A stretch of 64,000 nucleotides of DNA from Octopus bimaculoides. Taxonomy: Eukaryota. The notes under the pieces were generated by a model. The model was not told the origin of the DNA. It saw only the letters and a list, made by a program, of their open reading frames with translations, and did no database searches. Position numbers and translations under genes: made by a program. The stretch lies in the NCBI RefSeq assembly GCF_001194135.2, contig NC_068984.1, forward strand, positions 111,764,394 to 111,828,393, given 5' to 3'. Shown piece after piece: positions 39,480-51,815 of this stretch; position 1 is the first letter of the stretch; each line of letters opens with the position of its first letter.

Positions 39480-40088
39480 GTTTGTCCCCTCTCTGTCACT
39501 TGACAACCGATGTTGATGTGTTTATGTCCCTGTAACCTAGCAATTTGGCAAAAGAGACCGACAGAATAAGTACTAGGCTTACAAAGAATAAGCCCTGAGG
39601 TCAATTTGTTCAACTAAAGGTGGTGCTCCAGTATGGCTGCAGTCAAATGACTGAAACAAATAAAAGAATATATATATATATATAGGCGTAGGAGTGGGTG
39701 TGTCGTAAGTAGCTTGCTTACCAACCACATGGTTCTGGGTTCAGTTTCACTGCATGGCACCTTGGGCAAATGTCTTCTACTATAGCCTCGGGCCGACCAA
39801 AGCCTTGTGAGTGGATTTGGTAGACGGAAACTGAAAGAAGCTCGTCGTATATATGTATATATATATATATATATATGTTTGAGTGTCTGTGTTTGTTCCC
39901 CCATCATCGCTTGACAGCTGATGCTGGTGTGTTTACGTCCCCGTAACTTAGCGGTTCGGCAAAAGAGACCAATAGAATAAGTACTAGGCTTACAAAGAAT
40001 AAGTCCTGGGGTCGATTTGCTCGACTAAAGGCGGTGCTCCAGCATGGCCACAGTCAAATGACTGAAACAAGTAAAAGAGTAAAAGAGA
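39279..40088 (+). mobile_element. Two head-to-tail family A SINEs (39279-39668, 39691-40088)
   Basis: Both carry both modules and an internal (TA)n. Confidence 0.85.
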
Positions 40089-40694
40089 TATTAGAATATG
40101 TGTGTGTGTGTGTGCATATATACATACACATATATATATATATATATAAAACTTCAAGTAACATGAAATAAAAAAAAATCAACAATAGGAATAGATAAAA
40201 AAAAAAGAAAATAAACCAAAGTCTCTCACCACACAGCCACACCCACCCACTCACCAAATTTTAACTAATGCGTCATACAACAGAGAAATAATAGATAAAA
40301 GTGATAATGGATTTGATGCACTAGTTGTATTATATACACCCTGCTTGTCATTCAATATCTTCCTCCTTTGCTTGTTTTAATACATTGCATTATTCATTTT
40401 ATATTATTTATTATATTTATCATTATTATTATTATTACCATTATCATTATCAAAATTTTTTTTTTTTTTTTTTGAAAGACAAAACTTACCTTTTTGGGCA
40501 TTTTTGCTTTATTCTACTTTTTCTTACTGTATTCTTAGTTATATTTCATTATTATTTATATTTTCAAAAATGCTATCGAAAATAAAATTTATAAGCAGAA
40601 AATTTCCTTTAAATATTCAAAATTAAACTTTACTATCATCATCATCATCATCAACATCGTCATCATCATCAACGTCATCCTTATTTTCACTATT

Positions 40695-40950
40695 GTTATT
40701 ATTATCAACTTGCTCCACTTAATTCTGTGAGAAAGGACAGCAAGCTGTTGTCAAAAGTCTCATAGGGTCCCAAAGGGTCACTTTGCATGAATTTTAAGAC
40801 TTGGTACCTAGATGTTACGAATCATGGAAGATACCAAACATCCAGCAGCAATCTCAAAATCTTTGCTGTGCTCAATAGAGCAGTTTTTTGAGCTTGCTCT
40901 ACCCTCATTTCAATTTCAGTTTCTACATATTACTTGAACTTGGTTGTTAG
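40695..40950 (-). mobile_element. R4/Dong-like RLE retrotransposon 3' end
   Basis: ETEIEMRVEQAQKTALLSTAKILRLLLDV, then a 3' UTR ending in GATAATAATAA; preceded by (TAA)n. Confidence 0.7.
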
Positions 40951-40967
40951 CGCTATTATTATTATTG

Positions 40968-41005
<38 letters not shown>

Positions 41006-41008
<3 letters not shown>

Positions 41009-41881
41009 CAGTAGTCTTATTTTTATGACGTGCTTTCACTGCACTACCAAGTGCAGCTGTGTATGTCTAGGGTATGTCCTGTGGTTTGCTGTGGTGCTCT
41101 TATTTTCACTGCATTGAAAGTGTTTTACATAGGATGTGTGTGGTGCCTAGTAGTGCTATTTTCTGTATGTTATATATACTTGAAAGTCTTGGTGTTTTTG
41201 TTATGTATTTGTCTGAATATTCTTTTATCATACTTAATGTGCCGTGCCCACTATGATAGGAATTGTTTCTGTTTTCAGACTTCACATTCAAGTTACCTCT
41301 ATTTCCAGGTCTTTGTATTTTGAAAGTTTCTCCATTTCTTTTAGGGAAATGTTGTCATCTGCTGGTATTGATACATCAATTAGAAAGCATTTTTTTTCTT
41401 CATTATCTTTGACAATTATATCTGGTCTATTTGCCTTAATTTCTCTATCTGTGTATATTGGCATATCCCAGAGTATGGTTGCTTTCTCGTTTTCTGTGAC
41501 CTTTTCTGGCGTGTGCTTATACCATCTTTTTTCTGTTGTTATTCCATAGTGTTGGCATTGCTTCCAGTGTATGTAGGTCCCAACTCTGATGTATCTGTGA
41601 ATATATTTCTTCTTAGCCAGGACTGGGCAGCCAGAGACAATATGATTTATTGTTTCTTGTCCATCTCCACATATTCTGCAGTTACTTGTTATGTTTCTTT
41701 TCATTATATATTTTTGGTAATTTCTGGTGGGAAGGCTTTGGTCTTGTGCAGCAATTAAAAATCCTTCAGTCTCTGCTTTGAGTCCTGAGCTTCTCAGCCA
41801 TTGCTGGGATTTTGCTTTGTCTATTTCTTTGGTATTTAGTTTAACCCAATATTTGCCATGAAGGGGCTTTTCTTGCCATCG

Positions 41882-41885
<4 letters not shown>
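41006..41885 (-). mobile_element. 5'-truncated R4/Dong-like non-LTR retrotransposon (CCHC knuckle + RLE endonuclease), (TAA)n-flanked
   Basis: About 200 uninterrupted codons: GLKAETEGFLIAAQDQSL, C-x2-C-x8-H-x4-C (CRICGDGQETINHIVSGC), RPDIIV...CFLIDVSIP...EKLSKYKDL. Then two stops and a frameshift to IQKIALLGTTHILCKTL* (41106), a 3' UTR and a (TAA)n tail. Confidence 0.9.
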
Positions 41886-41924
<39 letters not shown>

Positions 41925-41934
41925 TTCCATTTGA

Positions 41935-42090
41935 TTTGCATTTTATTTCATCTTCTGACAGGTCTCAACTAGAGACCTAAGGCACATATAAGTTAGATGG
42001 AGAGAAACTTCCTGAGAATGTGGGCAGTTGATATCAACACAATTTTTGAGTTTCATAGAATGTTGGTTTCTCAGGGATCTGGTAAAAAAA
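41935..42090 (-). mobile_element. R4/Dong-like RLE retrotransposon 3' end (third family)
   Basis: NSKIVLISTAHILRKFLSI*, then a short UTR ending in AATAATAATAA; preceded by (TAA)n. Confidence 0.65.
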
Positions 42091-42096
42091 ATTGAC

Positions 42097-42135
<39 letters not shown>

Positions 42136-42138
<3 letters not shown>

Positions 42139-42830
42139 CAGCATCGTGGCAGAATCATTAGCACACCAGGCAAAATGCTAAGCCGTATCTGCAAAATGCT
42201 AAGCAGTCTACTATCAGAGGTCTCACAGGGTCTCTTTCTATACATTATAAGCTTTGGTACTTGGTTATCATTATTATCATTATTACTATTAGTATTATTA
42301 GTATTAAGGCGCCGAGCTGGCAGACTCGTTACTATGCCAGGCAAAATGCTTAGCGATATTTCATCTGTCTTCATTCTGAGTTCAAATTTCACCAAGGCCA
42401 ACTTTGCCTTTCATCCTCTCGCGGTTGATAAATTAAGTACCAGTGGCATACTGGGGTCAATCTAATCAACTGGCTCCTTCCCCCAAAATTTCAAGCCTTA
42501 TGTCTGTAGTAGAAAGGATTATTATTATTATTAACTACTACTATTACTACAACTACTACTACTACTGCTACTACTATTACTATTATTGTTATCATTATTA
42601 TTATTATAAAGCTAGTGAACTGGCAGAATCATTAGTATGGTGAGCAAAATGCTTAGCAGCATTTTCATCCATCTTCACATTCTGAGTTCAAATTCTGTCC
42701 AAGTTGATTTTGCATTTCATCCTTTCAGGGATGATGAAAATGTATCAGTCAAGCACAAGGGCTAATGTAATTGACTAGCCCTCTTCCCCAAAATTTCGGG
42801 CTATTTGGCCAGAGCAGAAAGAATCATTAT
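42136..42830 (+). mobile_element. Stack of family E SINEs separated by (TTA)n/(CTA)n
   Basis: E heads at ~42136, 42307 and 42605. Confidence 0.75.
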
Positions 42831-42891
42831 TATAATTATTAGTTTTAAGATTATTATTTTGTGATTTAATAAGGATTTTACTTTATTTTTA

Positions 42892-43062
42892 GGAGTGGCT
42901 GTGTGGTAAGTAACTTGCTTACGAACCACATGGTTCAGGGTTCAGTCCCACTGCATGGCACCTTGGGTAAGTGTCTTCTACTATAGCCTTGGGCCGACCA
43001 AAGCCTTGTGAGTGGATTTGGTAGACAGAAACTGAAAGAAGCCCATCGTATATATGTATGTA

Positions 43063-43145
<83 letters not shown>

Positions 43146-43214
43146 TTGTGTGCCTGTGTTTGTCCCCCCAGCATCGCTTGACAACCGATGGTGGTGTGTT
43201 TATGTCCCCGTAAC
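42892..43214 (+). mobile_element. 3'-truncated family A SINE flanked by a 34-bp direct repeat
   Basis: 42858-42891 and 43215-43248 are identical at 32/34. Confidence 0.8.
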
Positions 43215-43903
43215 TTTGTGATTTAATAAGGATTTTACCTTATGTTTAAATACTAAACAGTCATCAATAATCATAAGAATAAAGATAAATGCTCAATACA
43301 AAAGATATTATTTTTTCCAATGGTGTTTACTTCTGAGATTATTTTTTGCGTATTTATTTTGCTTTTTATGTTTACTGAGTCTATAAAAAAAAATTGTTTA
43401 GAGTATTATAATTTTCAGCAAAAGAATAACAAATAAACAGGAAAAATTGAATAAGATCAAAATAAAATTTACATAAAAATTGAAAAAAATATATCTAGAT
43501 TATCCTCCAATAAATATAATTACAAAGGAATACATAAATAAAAGTAACAAAAATATCGCAATTTTATTTATTTCATCTGCTTTTTTACTTACATCATCGA
43601 TATTTTTTACTAAGGCTTGCAATTATTTTATTTGTTTTCCATTTGTATTATTTTCTCTTTCCTGTTTACTGACTCATTCTTCCTATAAAATTATATTCTA
43701 CTTTATTGCTTCTATACTTTTCATTCACATTCATTCATTCATTGGATTTGGCATTTTTGTTATTTTCAGTCTTGTGTCTCTTTCTATCTTTTCTAAAATA
43801 TATACATAACTTCACATTATTGCATAACCATGCCATTTCATCAGACAATATCCAGCCTTCTGTCAGTGAAATGAAATCAAATGAAAAGTTACATAATGTT
43901 ATA

Positions 43904-43954
<51 letters not shown>

Positions 43955-44400
43955 CTATATGCATATATGCATACATGAATTACACTGAAATCAGCATAGT
44001 TATAAAGATTAAGAAATATCCTTTAATATATAGGTATAAAAAATGTTGATTTGATTACAAATAAAATTTTGTAGTTCACTCTCAGACATTTCGTACTCAA
44101 CTCTTTAAACGTTTTATATTTTCTAATATTATCAGAAGCATCTTAAATTATGTCCACCATTTTGTTATTTTGTTACATCGGTTATTTCAAACAGGAATTA
44201 CTCCTTTGTCGTTTCTGTTGTTCAAAGCAGTTTTTTGTTTTTGTTTTTGTTGTTTCTTTACATGCATTAACACACATATCCAAAGAACTAAAATTATGAA
44301 AGGCACAAACACAAATCACAGATATGCTATATCAGAGTATGTGGATTACTACACGTGGAGAATAACAAACATTTCCATTCAAATGTCATCGGATAGTTAA

Positions 44401-44621
44401 CCCTTTAGCATTCATATTTCTGTCAAATCTAATGCTTATTTATTCACAATGTTTTGAATTAATCATGCAATATTTCGTACAATTGGGATTTCAATGATGT
44501 AATTGTTTATACTGAGGTTGACATTGAAGGGTAGGTGTGAGAGGCTGAATCTGGCCAGTTTGAATATAAAAAAAAAGGAAGATTATTTTTGCCAGAAATG
44601 GCTGGTTTAAATGCTGAAGGG
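44401..44621. mobile_element. piggyBac-like MITE
   Basis: TTAA at 44397-44400 and 44622-44625; TIRs CCCTTTAGCATT / AATGCTGAAGGG (11/12). Confidence 0.75.
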
Positions 44622-44894
44622 TTAAACATGGTTATGATAATTGGACACTCACATACATACGTCCCCCACACATACAGACATCCGTGCATACATACACACA
44701 CACGTGCATGCATAGACATGCAACCACACACACACCAGTGGATATGTGTGCTCATGTCTACTGAATGTTGAAGGTGGTTTGATCCATAAGAGAAACAGTG
44801 GACAGGAGGAGGAACAGAAGTAAAAGAATGAGAAGGTAAGAGGAAAGGAGAAGAAGAAGAAGAAGAAGAAGAAGAAGAAGAAGAAGAAGAAGAA

Positions 44895-45599
44895 NNNNNN
44901 NNNNNNNNNNNNNNNNNNNNNNNNNNNNNNNNNNNNNNNNNNNNNNNNNNNNNNNNNNNNNNNNNNNNNNNNNNNNNNNNNNNNNNNNNNNNNNNNNNNN
45001 NNNNNNNNNNNNNNNNNNNNNNNNNNNNNNNNNNNNNNNNNNNNNNNNNNNNNNNNNNNNNNNNNNNNNNNNNNNNNNNNNNNNNNNNNNNNNNNNNNNN
45101 NNNNNNNNNNNNNNNNNNNNNNNNNNNNNNNNNNNNNNNNNNNNNNNNNNNNNNNNNNNNNNNNNNNNNNNNNNNNNNNNNNNNNNNNNNNNNNNNNNNN
45201 NNNNNNNNNNNNNNNNNNNNNNNNNNNNNNNNNNNNNNNNNNNNNNNNNNNNNNNNNNNNNNNNNNNNNNNNNNNNNNNNNNNNNNNNNNNNNNNNNNNN
45301 NNNNNNNNNNNNNNNNNNNNNNNNNNNNNNNNNNNNNNNNNNNNNNNNNNNNNNNNNNNNNNNNNNNNNNNNNNNNNNNNNNNNNNNNNNNNNNNNNNNN
45401 NNNNNNNNNNNNNNNNNNNNNNNNNNNNNNNNNNNNNNNNNNNNNNNNNNNNNNNNNNNNNNNNNNNNNNNNNNNNNNNNNNNNNNNNNNNNNNNNNNNN
45501 NNNNNNNNNNNNNNNNNNNNNNNNNNNNNNNNNNNNNNNNNNNNNNNNNNNNNNNNNNNNNNNNNNNNNNNNNNNNNNNNNNNNNNNNNNNNNNNNNNN
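44895..45599. other. Assembly gap (largest of 11)
   Basis: N runs at 9233-9374, 11981-12171, 26913-27192, 33875-33884, 44895-45599, 46777-46978, 49212-49322, 53503-53512, 59351-59634, 61092-61130 and 63062-63404; most abut microsatellites. Confidence 0.98.
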
Positions 45600-45647
45600 A
45601 CATACTGGTAGTTGGACTAATTTGGCTTTATGTTTTGTTGTATGATT

Positions 45648-46017
45648 GTTGGCACTCCGTCGCTTACGATGTCGAGGGTTCCAGTTGATCCGATCAACGG
45701 AACAGCCTGCTCGTGAAATTAACGTGCAAGTGGCTGAGCACTCCACAGACACGTGTACCCTTAACGTAGTTCTCGGGGATATTCAGCGTGACAGAGTGTG
45801 ACAAGGCTGACACTTTGAATTACAGTCACAACAGAAACAGGAAGTAAAGTTGTGGTGAAGGAGTACAGCAGGGTTCACCACCACCCCCTGCCGGAGCCTC
45901 GTGGAGCTTTAGGTGTTTTCGCTCAATAAATACTCACAACGCCTGGTTTGGGAATCGAAACCACGATTTGATGACCGCGAGTCCGCTGCCCTAACCACTG
46001 GGCCATTGTGCCTCTAC
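45648..46017 (-). mobile_element. SINE family C with 12-bp TSD
   Basis: TGTTGTATGATT at 45636-45647 and 46018-46029. Confidence 0.9.
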
Positions 46018-46031
46018 TGTTGTATGATTAA

Positions 46032-46178
46032 CCATTTAGTATCAAGATTTCAATGATGCGATTTTTTTATTATTAGACTAACATTTTAGGTCAGGTGTGG
46101 AAGACCAGATCTAGCTGGTTTGGGCATAAAACATATGGAATATTTGGATCTGATGCAGACGGTTTAAATGCTAAAGGT
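46032..46178. mobile_element. piggyBac-like MITE, decayed second copy
   Basis: TTAA-CCATTTAG...TGCTAAAGGT-TTAA; interior similar to 44401-44621. Confidence 0.6.
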
Positions 46179-46738
46179 TTAAGAAGACTGCTTTGCTACT
46201 AATTTCCAGTTTTGATCCTATTGCATGGCAACTTAAACAATTGATATCTGTCATAGCCTCCAGTTTATTGAAATTTTGTGAGTAAAATTTGGCAGAGTAT
46301 ATATCTTTTCTCTTTTGTTTCATTCATTTGACTGTGACCATGTTGGGGTACCACTTTGAAGGGTTTTACTTGAACAAACCATTCAAACCCAGGACTTATT
46401 TTTAAAGCGTGATAGTTATTCTATTGGTCTCTTTTGCCAAACCACTAGGTTAGAGGGACATGAATATACCAACACCAATGGTGGGAGACAAACACAGACA
46501 CAAAGACACACACATAATTATGAATGTAAATGTATACAGCAATGTAACTACACACATGCTGGTGGCATTTTCTTTTCTTTTCCTTCTTTGGAATTTTACT
46601 TTTCTCTTTTCCAACGAAGATCTATTTTCAAAACTTCAAAAAATCTCTTTCTTATGGAACATCAAATTAATACATTCTTTGTACACATCCACTTCTTGTC
46701 TGTTAATGCTAATTTTATTGTTTGTTTATTTGAACTGA

Positions 46739-46776
<38 letters not shown>

Positions 46777-47127
46777 NNNNNNNNNNNNNNNNNNNNNNNN
46801 NNNNNNNNNNNNNNNNNNNNNNNNNNNNNNNNNNNNNNNNNNNNNNNNNNNNNNNNNNNNNNNNNNNNNNNNNNNNNNNNNNNNNNNNNNNNNNNNNNNN
46901 NNNNNNNNNNNNNNNNNNNNNNNNNNNNNNNNNNNNNNNNNNNNNNNNNNNNNNNNNNNNNNNNNNNNNNNNNNNNNNTATATATATATATATATGTTTC
47001 AATTTCCATCTACCAAATCCACTAACAAAGCTTTGGTTGGCCCATGACTGTAGCAGAAGACACTTGTCTTAGACGCCACACAGTAGGACTGAACCTGGAA
47101 CCATGTGGTTGGGAAACAAGCTTCATA

Positions 47128-47300
47128 ACATGAAGACGACAAAGCTCAGTCCTTGTAGCGATATTTCCAGATACTATATCTCGGGACTCAGGACTGGATA
47201 TTAGAGATCTGAACACAGCAATGCAGGACCGTGTAGTGTGGAAAGGGATTGTCAATGGAGTTTCGACCAACCTATGGTTGGTCAAAAGATGATGATGTTG
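47128..47300 (+). mobile_element. RTE-clade LINE 3' end
   Basis: DTISRDSGLDIRDLNTAMQDRVVWKGIVNGVST resembles RTE C-termini (AMxDRxxW); GATGATGATG tail. Confidence 0.7.
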
Positions 47301-47353
47301 ATTGGTATGTATAATGCTAGCTACTTACTTTAAGTCTACTAAGTTAGATAGTC

Positions 47354-47610
47354 GTGGAAGCACATGGCTTAGTGGTTAGGGTGTCAGCAACATGAGTGTA
47401 AGATTATGGTTTGATTCCTGGACCGGGCGATGCGTTGTGTTCTTGAGCAAAACACTTCATTTCACGTTGTTCCAGTCCACTCAGCTGGCAAAATTGAATA
47501 ACGCTGCAATGGACTGGTGTCCCGTCCAGCTGGGGAACACATACGCCATAGGAACCAGGAAACCGGGCCCATGAGCCTGGCTAGGCTTTAAAAGGGCGCA
47601 TTTATTTATT
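47354..47610 (+). mobile_element. SINE family D
   Basis: Homologous to 14520-14771. Confidence 0.85.
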
Positions 47611-48087
47611 GCGTAAGTAAGATAGCCAAACTTGTGATGCCATTCTAGTGTGGTTGTTAGCAGAGCCATATGCTGCATTGGAATCTTGTAGGTGAAGATG
47701 ATACAACTGTTTTCTGTCCCACTCTACATGCATTGTATAAAATAATACCATAGTGTGATACTGTGTGAATGGGAGCCTCACTGACAGGCCACTCTTATGA
47801 GTCATCTTAGCTGCTTAAGACATTGTCATACCACATTGGTGTAGTGGTTAGCACAGCCATATGGTATACAGCAGGCACACTGTTCAAATCCTGCAGGGGA
47901 TGCTGCAGCTGTTTTTGTCTTCTGTGTGTGTGTGTGTGTGCTGAAGTATATGTACTTAGTGTAATAATGTTGTGTTTTTGTTTTTTTCTATTGCTTGATT
48001 CAAATAGTGCTGGTGCATAAGTAATATGGATGTATAAATAGATATATAGAGGTGCTTATACATACATACACATATATACACACCCAC

Positions 48088-48154
<67 letters not shown>

Positions 48155-48271
48155 GACATCTCTTTTTATATATATATTTGTATATTTTTATACTATTCAT
48201 AAAGATGATATATATTTATCAGTCCATGTATAATTTGCATTTATCTATCTGTATATATATGTATATATATA

Positions 48272-48630
48272 TGGCTGTATGGTAAGAAGCTTGCTTCCCA
48301 ATCACATGCTTCTAGGTTCAGTCCCACTGTGTTGCAGCTTGGGCAAGTGTCTTCTAATATAGCCTTGGACCAACCAAAGCCTTGTAAGTGAATTTGGTAA
48401 TGGAAACTGAAAGAAGCCCATTGTATATATATATATGTATGTATGTATGTATTTGTGTGTCTGTGTTTGTCCTCCGCCATTGTTTACATCTCCGTAACTT
48501 AGCGGTTTGGCAAAAGAGATCGATAGAATAAGTACTAGGCTTACAAAGAATAAGCTCTGGGGTTGATTTGTTTGACTACAAGCGGTGCTCCAGCATGGCC
48601 ACAGTCAAATGACTGAAACAAATGAAAAAA
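48272..48630 (+). mobile_element. SINE family A
   Basis: Homologous to 506-929. Confidence 0.8.
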
Positions 48631-48638
48631 AAAGAACA

Positions 48639-48670
<32 letters not shown>

Positions 48671-48850
48671 CATATATACTCACACACACATACATATATG
48701 TATATATTTGTATATACATACACAGATTCACATATATATATTACCTAAGTATTGAGTACGTTCTACTTATTTGGTTCAAGCTCTATACAGTTACAACTAT
48801 TTCCAAACTTATAATAATACTACAATTAGCATATACAAATATAAGCAAAC

Positions 48851-48895
<45 letters not shown>

Positions 48896-49450
48896 GAGAT
48901 ACATTTACATGTATAAATACACACATAAATAAATATACACACACATATACACATCCATATACACATGTGTATTCCTACACAATTTTGGCTTATTAGTAAA
49001 ACAAAATAATAAAATAAAATCTAAAAGAATCAATAAGTTTTAAGTGAAAACTATGAAACTATGCAAAACTACAAACCTGGAAAGATGACCGATAATGCTT
49101 AAACGGAAATATCCAACATAAACCATTACAGATAAAAACTGCATGAAAGCCATCAGGGTGAGGTATTAGAGGCTAAATTGAATCTCTAATGGATGTAAAC
49201 GGCCCGACAGANNNNNNNNNNNNNNNNNNNNNNNNNNNNNNNNNNNNNNNNNNNNNNNNNNNNNNNNNNNNNNNNNNNNNNNNNNNNNNNNNNNNNNNNN
49301 NNNNNNNNNNNNNNNNNNNNNNTTTTTGTCTTTTTGGTTGTTGTTCCTTATCTTGTGCCATCGCATGGGTTCCAGTCTGTTACATGTTATTATGGTCTGT
49401 AATAAAATATTAAGCTTTTATCTAGGATGAAAAAAAAAATCATAATAACG

Positions 49451-49484
<34 letters not shown>

Positions 49485-49964
49485 TAATAATGATAATTAT
49501 AATGATAATGAAAAGAATTGAAATTGTGGTGGCTCGTTTCGGTTCGGTTTGCTTGCTGTTGTTAGAGCCATCATTGTTGTCGTCATTGATGTTTGTTGAT
49601 GTTGTTGTTGATACTGTCCAGAAAGTGGGCAGAAGTCCTGGATTATGGAGGGGATACCAATGGTAGTGGTGGTGGTGGTGATGTGGTGGTAGTGGTGATG
49701 GGTGAATGATAGTGATGGTGGTAGTTGTAGAGGTGTTGTTGTTGGTAGTGGTCATGATGGTAGTAGCAATAGCAATAGTAGCTGTGATAGTGGTGGTTGT
49801 AGTGGTCCTGGTTGTGATTATAGATGTGGTAGCAATAGTGGTGGCAGTGTTATGATAATGGTTGTACTTGTGGTGATGGCGATGGTGGTGGTGGTGGTGG
49901 CAGTGACATTCTAGTTGTATTAACTCTGATGGTGGGTAATATTATGCATGGTCTTTTGTACTAC

Positions 49965-50286
49965 TAGAAATAGCAGTTTCAGGCAGTTATATACAACAAG
50001 TGGTGCTGGTGGTGGGAGCTGAAAATGAAAATTAAAGTAGAATCAGTCAGGTATGATAACGAAACAGCTGTAGAAAAGGTTAGTTGAGGGTAAGTATTTA
50101 TCACCAAATTAGAAAAAGCTGTTAGAAATAGCAGTTTTAAGCAGTTATAAACAACAAGTGGTGCTGGTGGTGGGAGCTGAAAAGGAAAATTAAAGTAGAA
50201 TCAGTCAGGTATGATAACAAAACAGCTGTAGAAAAGGTTAGTTGAGGGTAGGTATTTATCACCAACTTAGAAAAAGCTGTTAGAAA
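49965..50286. repeat. Tandem duplication, 2 x 158 bp
   Basis: TAGAAATAGC at 49965 recurs at 50123; the copies differ at only a few positions. Confidence 0.9.
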
Positions 50287-50887
50287 GAACTTTGAAGCCA
50301 AAGTAGCAGGAGCAGTGAGACTAATTCTTGAACACTAAACATGAAGGCCCATTGTCTGAGATAAGGTGTGTTTGCAAAGGCCCAGGCAAAATAAGGTAGT
50401 GCGAAGGACTTGGTGACGGGGCACATACTGACAGCTGAGCCATATGATCTTTGACAGATCGTGAAGCATGTGTGATATCCAGTCCTTGATGGATGTGTGG
50501 AGCAGTGTGTTTGGGAAGAGTGATGGACTTAGGTCAGTAGTTTTCAAAACCTGTTTCAATGACCTGTCACAGAATGATAGAGGAAGGTGTGGACAGAGGA
50601 AGAATGAGAGAGGAAGGTGCTGCCAAAACCTGATTTCAGAACCTTAAATAGGGGATGGATACATTCAATTGTGCATGAAGTAGGTAACTAGAGATGGACA
50701 TACCAGACTTGTTCATCATTCTTTTTGGTAGAGATCTATCAGAATTGGCAACAAACTGAGAAAATTCCCAGTTGTGTAAGTTTTTATGTAAACCCCACTT
50801 ACAAATTGTGGACTGCCTTTATGATTTCCCTCTCATCTATGCCACTATGACTATTAAAAGAAATCCCTATTGCTCTTAATATTGTCG

Positions 50888-51285
50888 TTAAGGCAGAGAG
50901 CTGGCAGAATCATTAGAATGCTGAGCAAAATGCAGAGCAGTATTTCACCCATCTTTATGTTCTGAGTTCAAATGCCACCAAGGTTGACTTTGCTTTTCAT
51001 CCTTTTGGGGTCGATAAAATAAGTACCAGTTGAGTACTGGGTTCAATGTAATTGACTATCTCCTCCCTCAAATTTTAGGTCTTGGACATTTAGTAGAAAG
51101 GATTATTATTATTGTTGTTGTTGTTGCTGTTGCAAATAATAATAATAAAATCAAAGTTGACTTTGCCTTTCATCATCTCGGGGTTGGTAAAATAAAGTAC
51201 TTGTTGAGTATTGTAGTTGATATAATCAACTAGCCCCACCCACCAAAATTTCAGGCCTCTTATCTAAAGGAGAAAGGATTATTAT
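50888..51285 (+). mobile_element. Two family E SINEs
   Basis: E head and core, GGATTATTATT tails. Confidence 0.75.
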
Positions 51286-51289
51286 TATC

Positions 51290-51815
51290 GAGTTAAATTG
51301 GACACTAAACTCCACTTGCAAAGACCTGTTGAGGCAAGTGAAATCGAAATCGAGTTAAATTCGACGACTGGCACCCATGCCAACGTCGTCTCTTTCATTG
51401 GACACGAGACTCAGCTTGCAAAGACTTGTTGGGGCAAGCGAAAGTGAAATTGTGATGGCACCTGTGCCCAGCATCACCTTTCAGGCACTTGTGCCCGCGG
51501 CATGTGTAAGGACTTTCGAGCGAGATCGTTGCCAGTGCCCCTGGACTGGTTCTTGTGTGGGTGGCACATAAAATACACCATTTCGAGCATGGCCATTGCC
51601 AGTACCGCCTGACTGGCCTTCATGCCGGTGGCACGTAAAAGTACCCACTACACTCTCTGAGTGGTTGGCGTTAGGAAGGGCATCCAGCTGTAGAAACTCT
51701 GCCAAATCAGATTGGAGCCTGGTGCAGCCATCTGGTTTCACCAGTCTTCAATCAAATTGGCCAACCCATGCTAGCATGGAAAGCGGACGTTAAACAACGA
51801 TGATGATGATGATGA
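51290..51815 (+). mobile_element. Long family B copy with ~100-bp tandem 5' module
   Basis: TTGGACAC unit at 51298 and 51398; (GAT)n tail. Confidence 0.8.

Noticed and set aside
43480-43978. Hydrophobic ORFs resembling membrane or mitochondrial proteins
   Set aside because: T-rich low-complexity composition with no motif of any known protein.
50330-50870. CR1/Jockey RT remnant (LDITHASRSV vs LDISKAFDRV)
   Set aside because: A single weak motif and no consistent frame; left unclassified.
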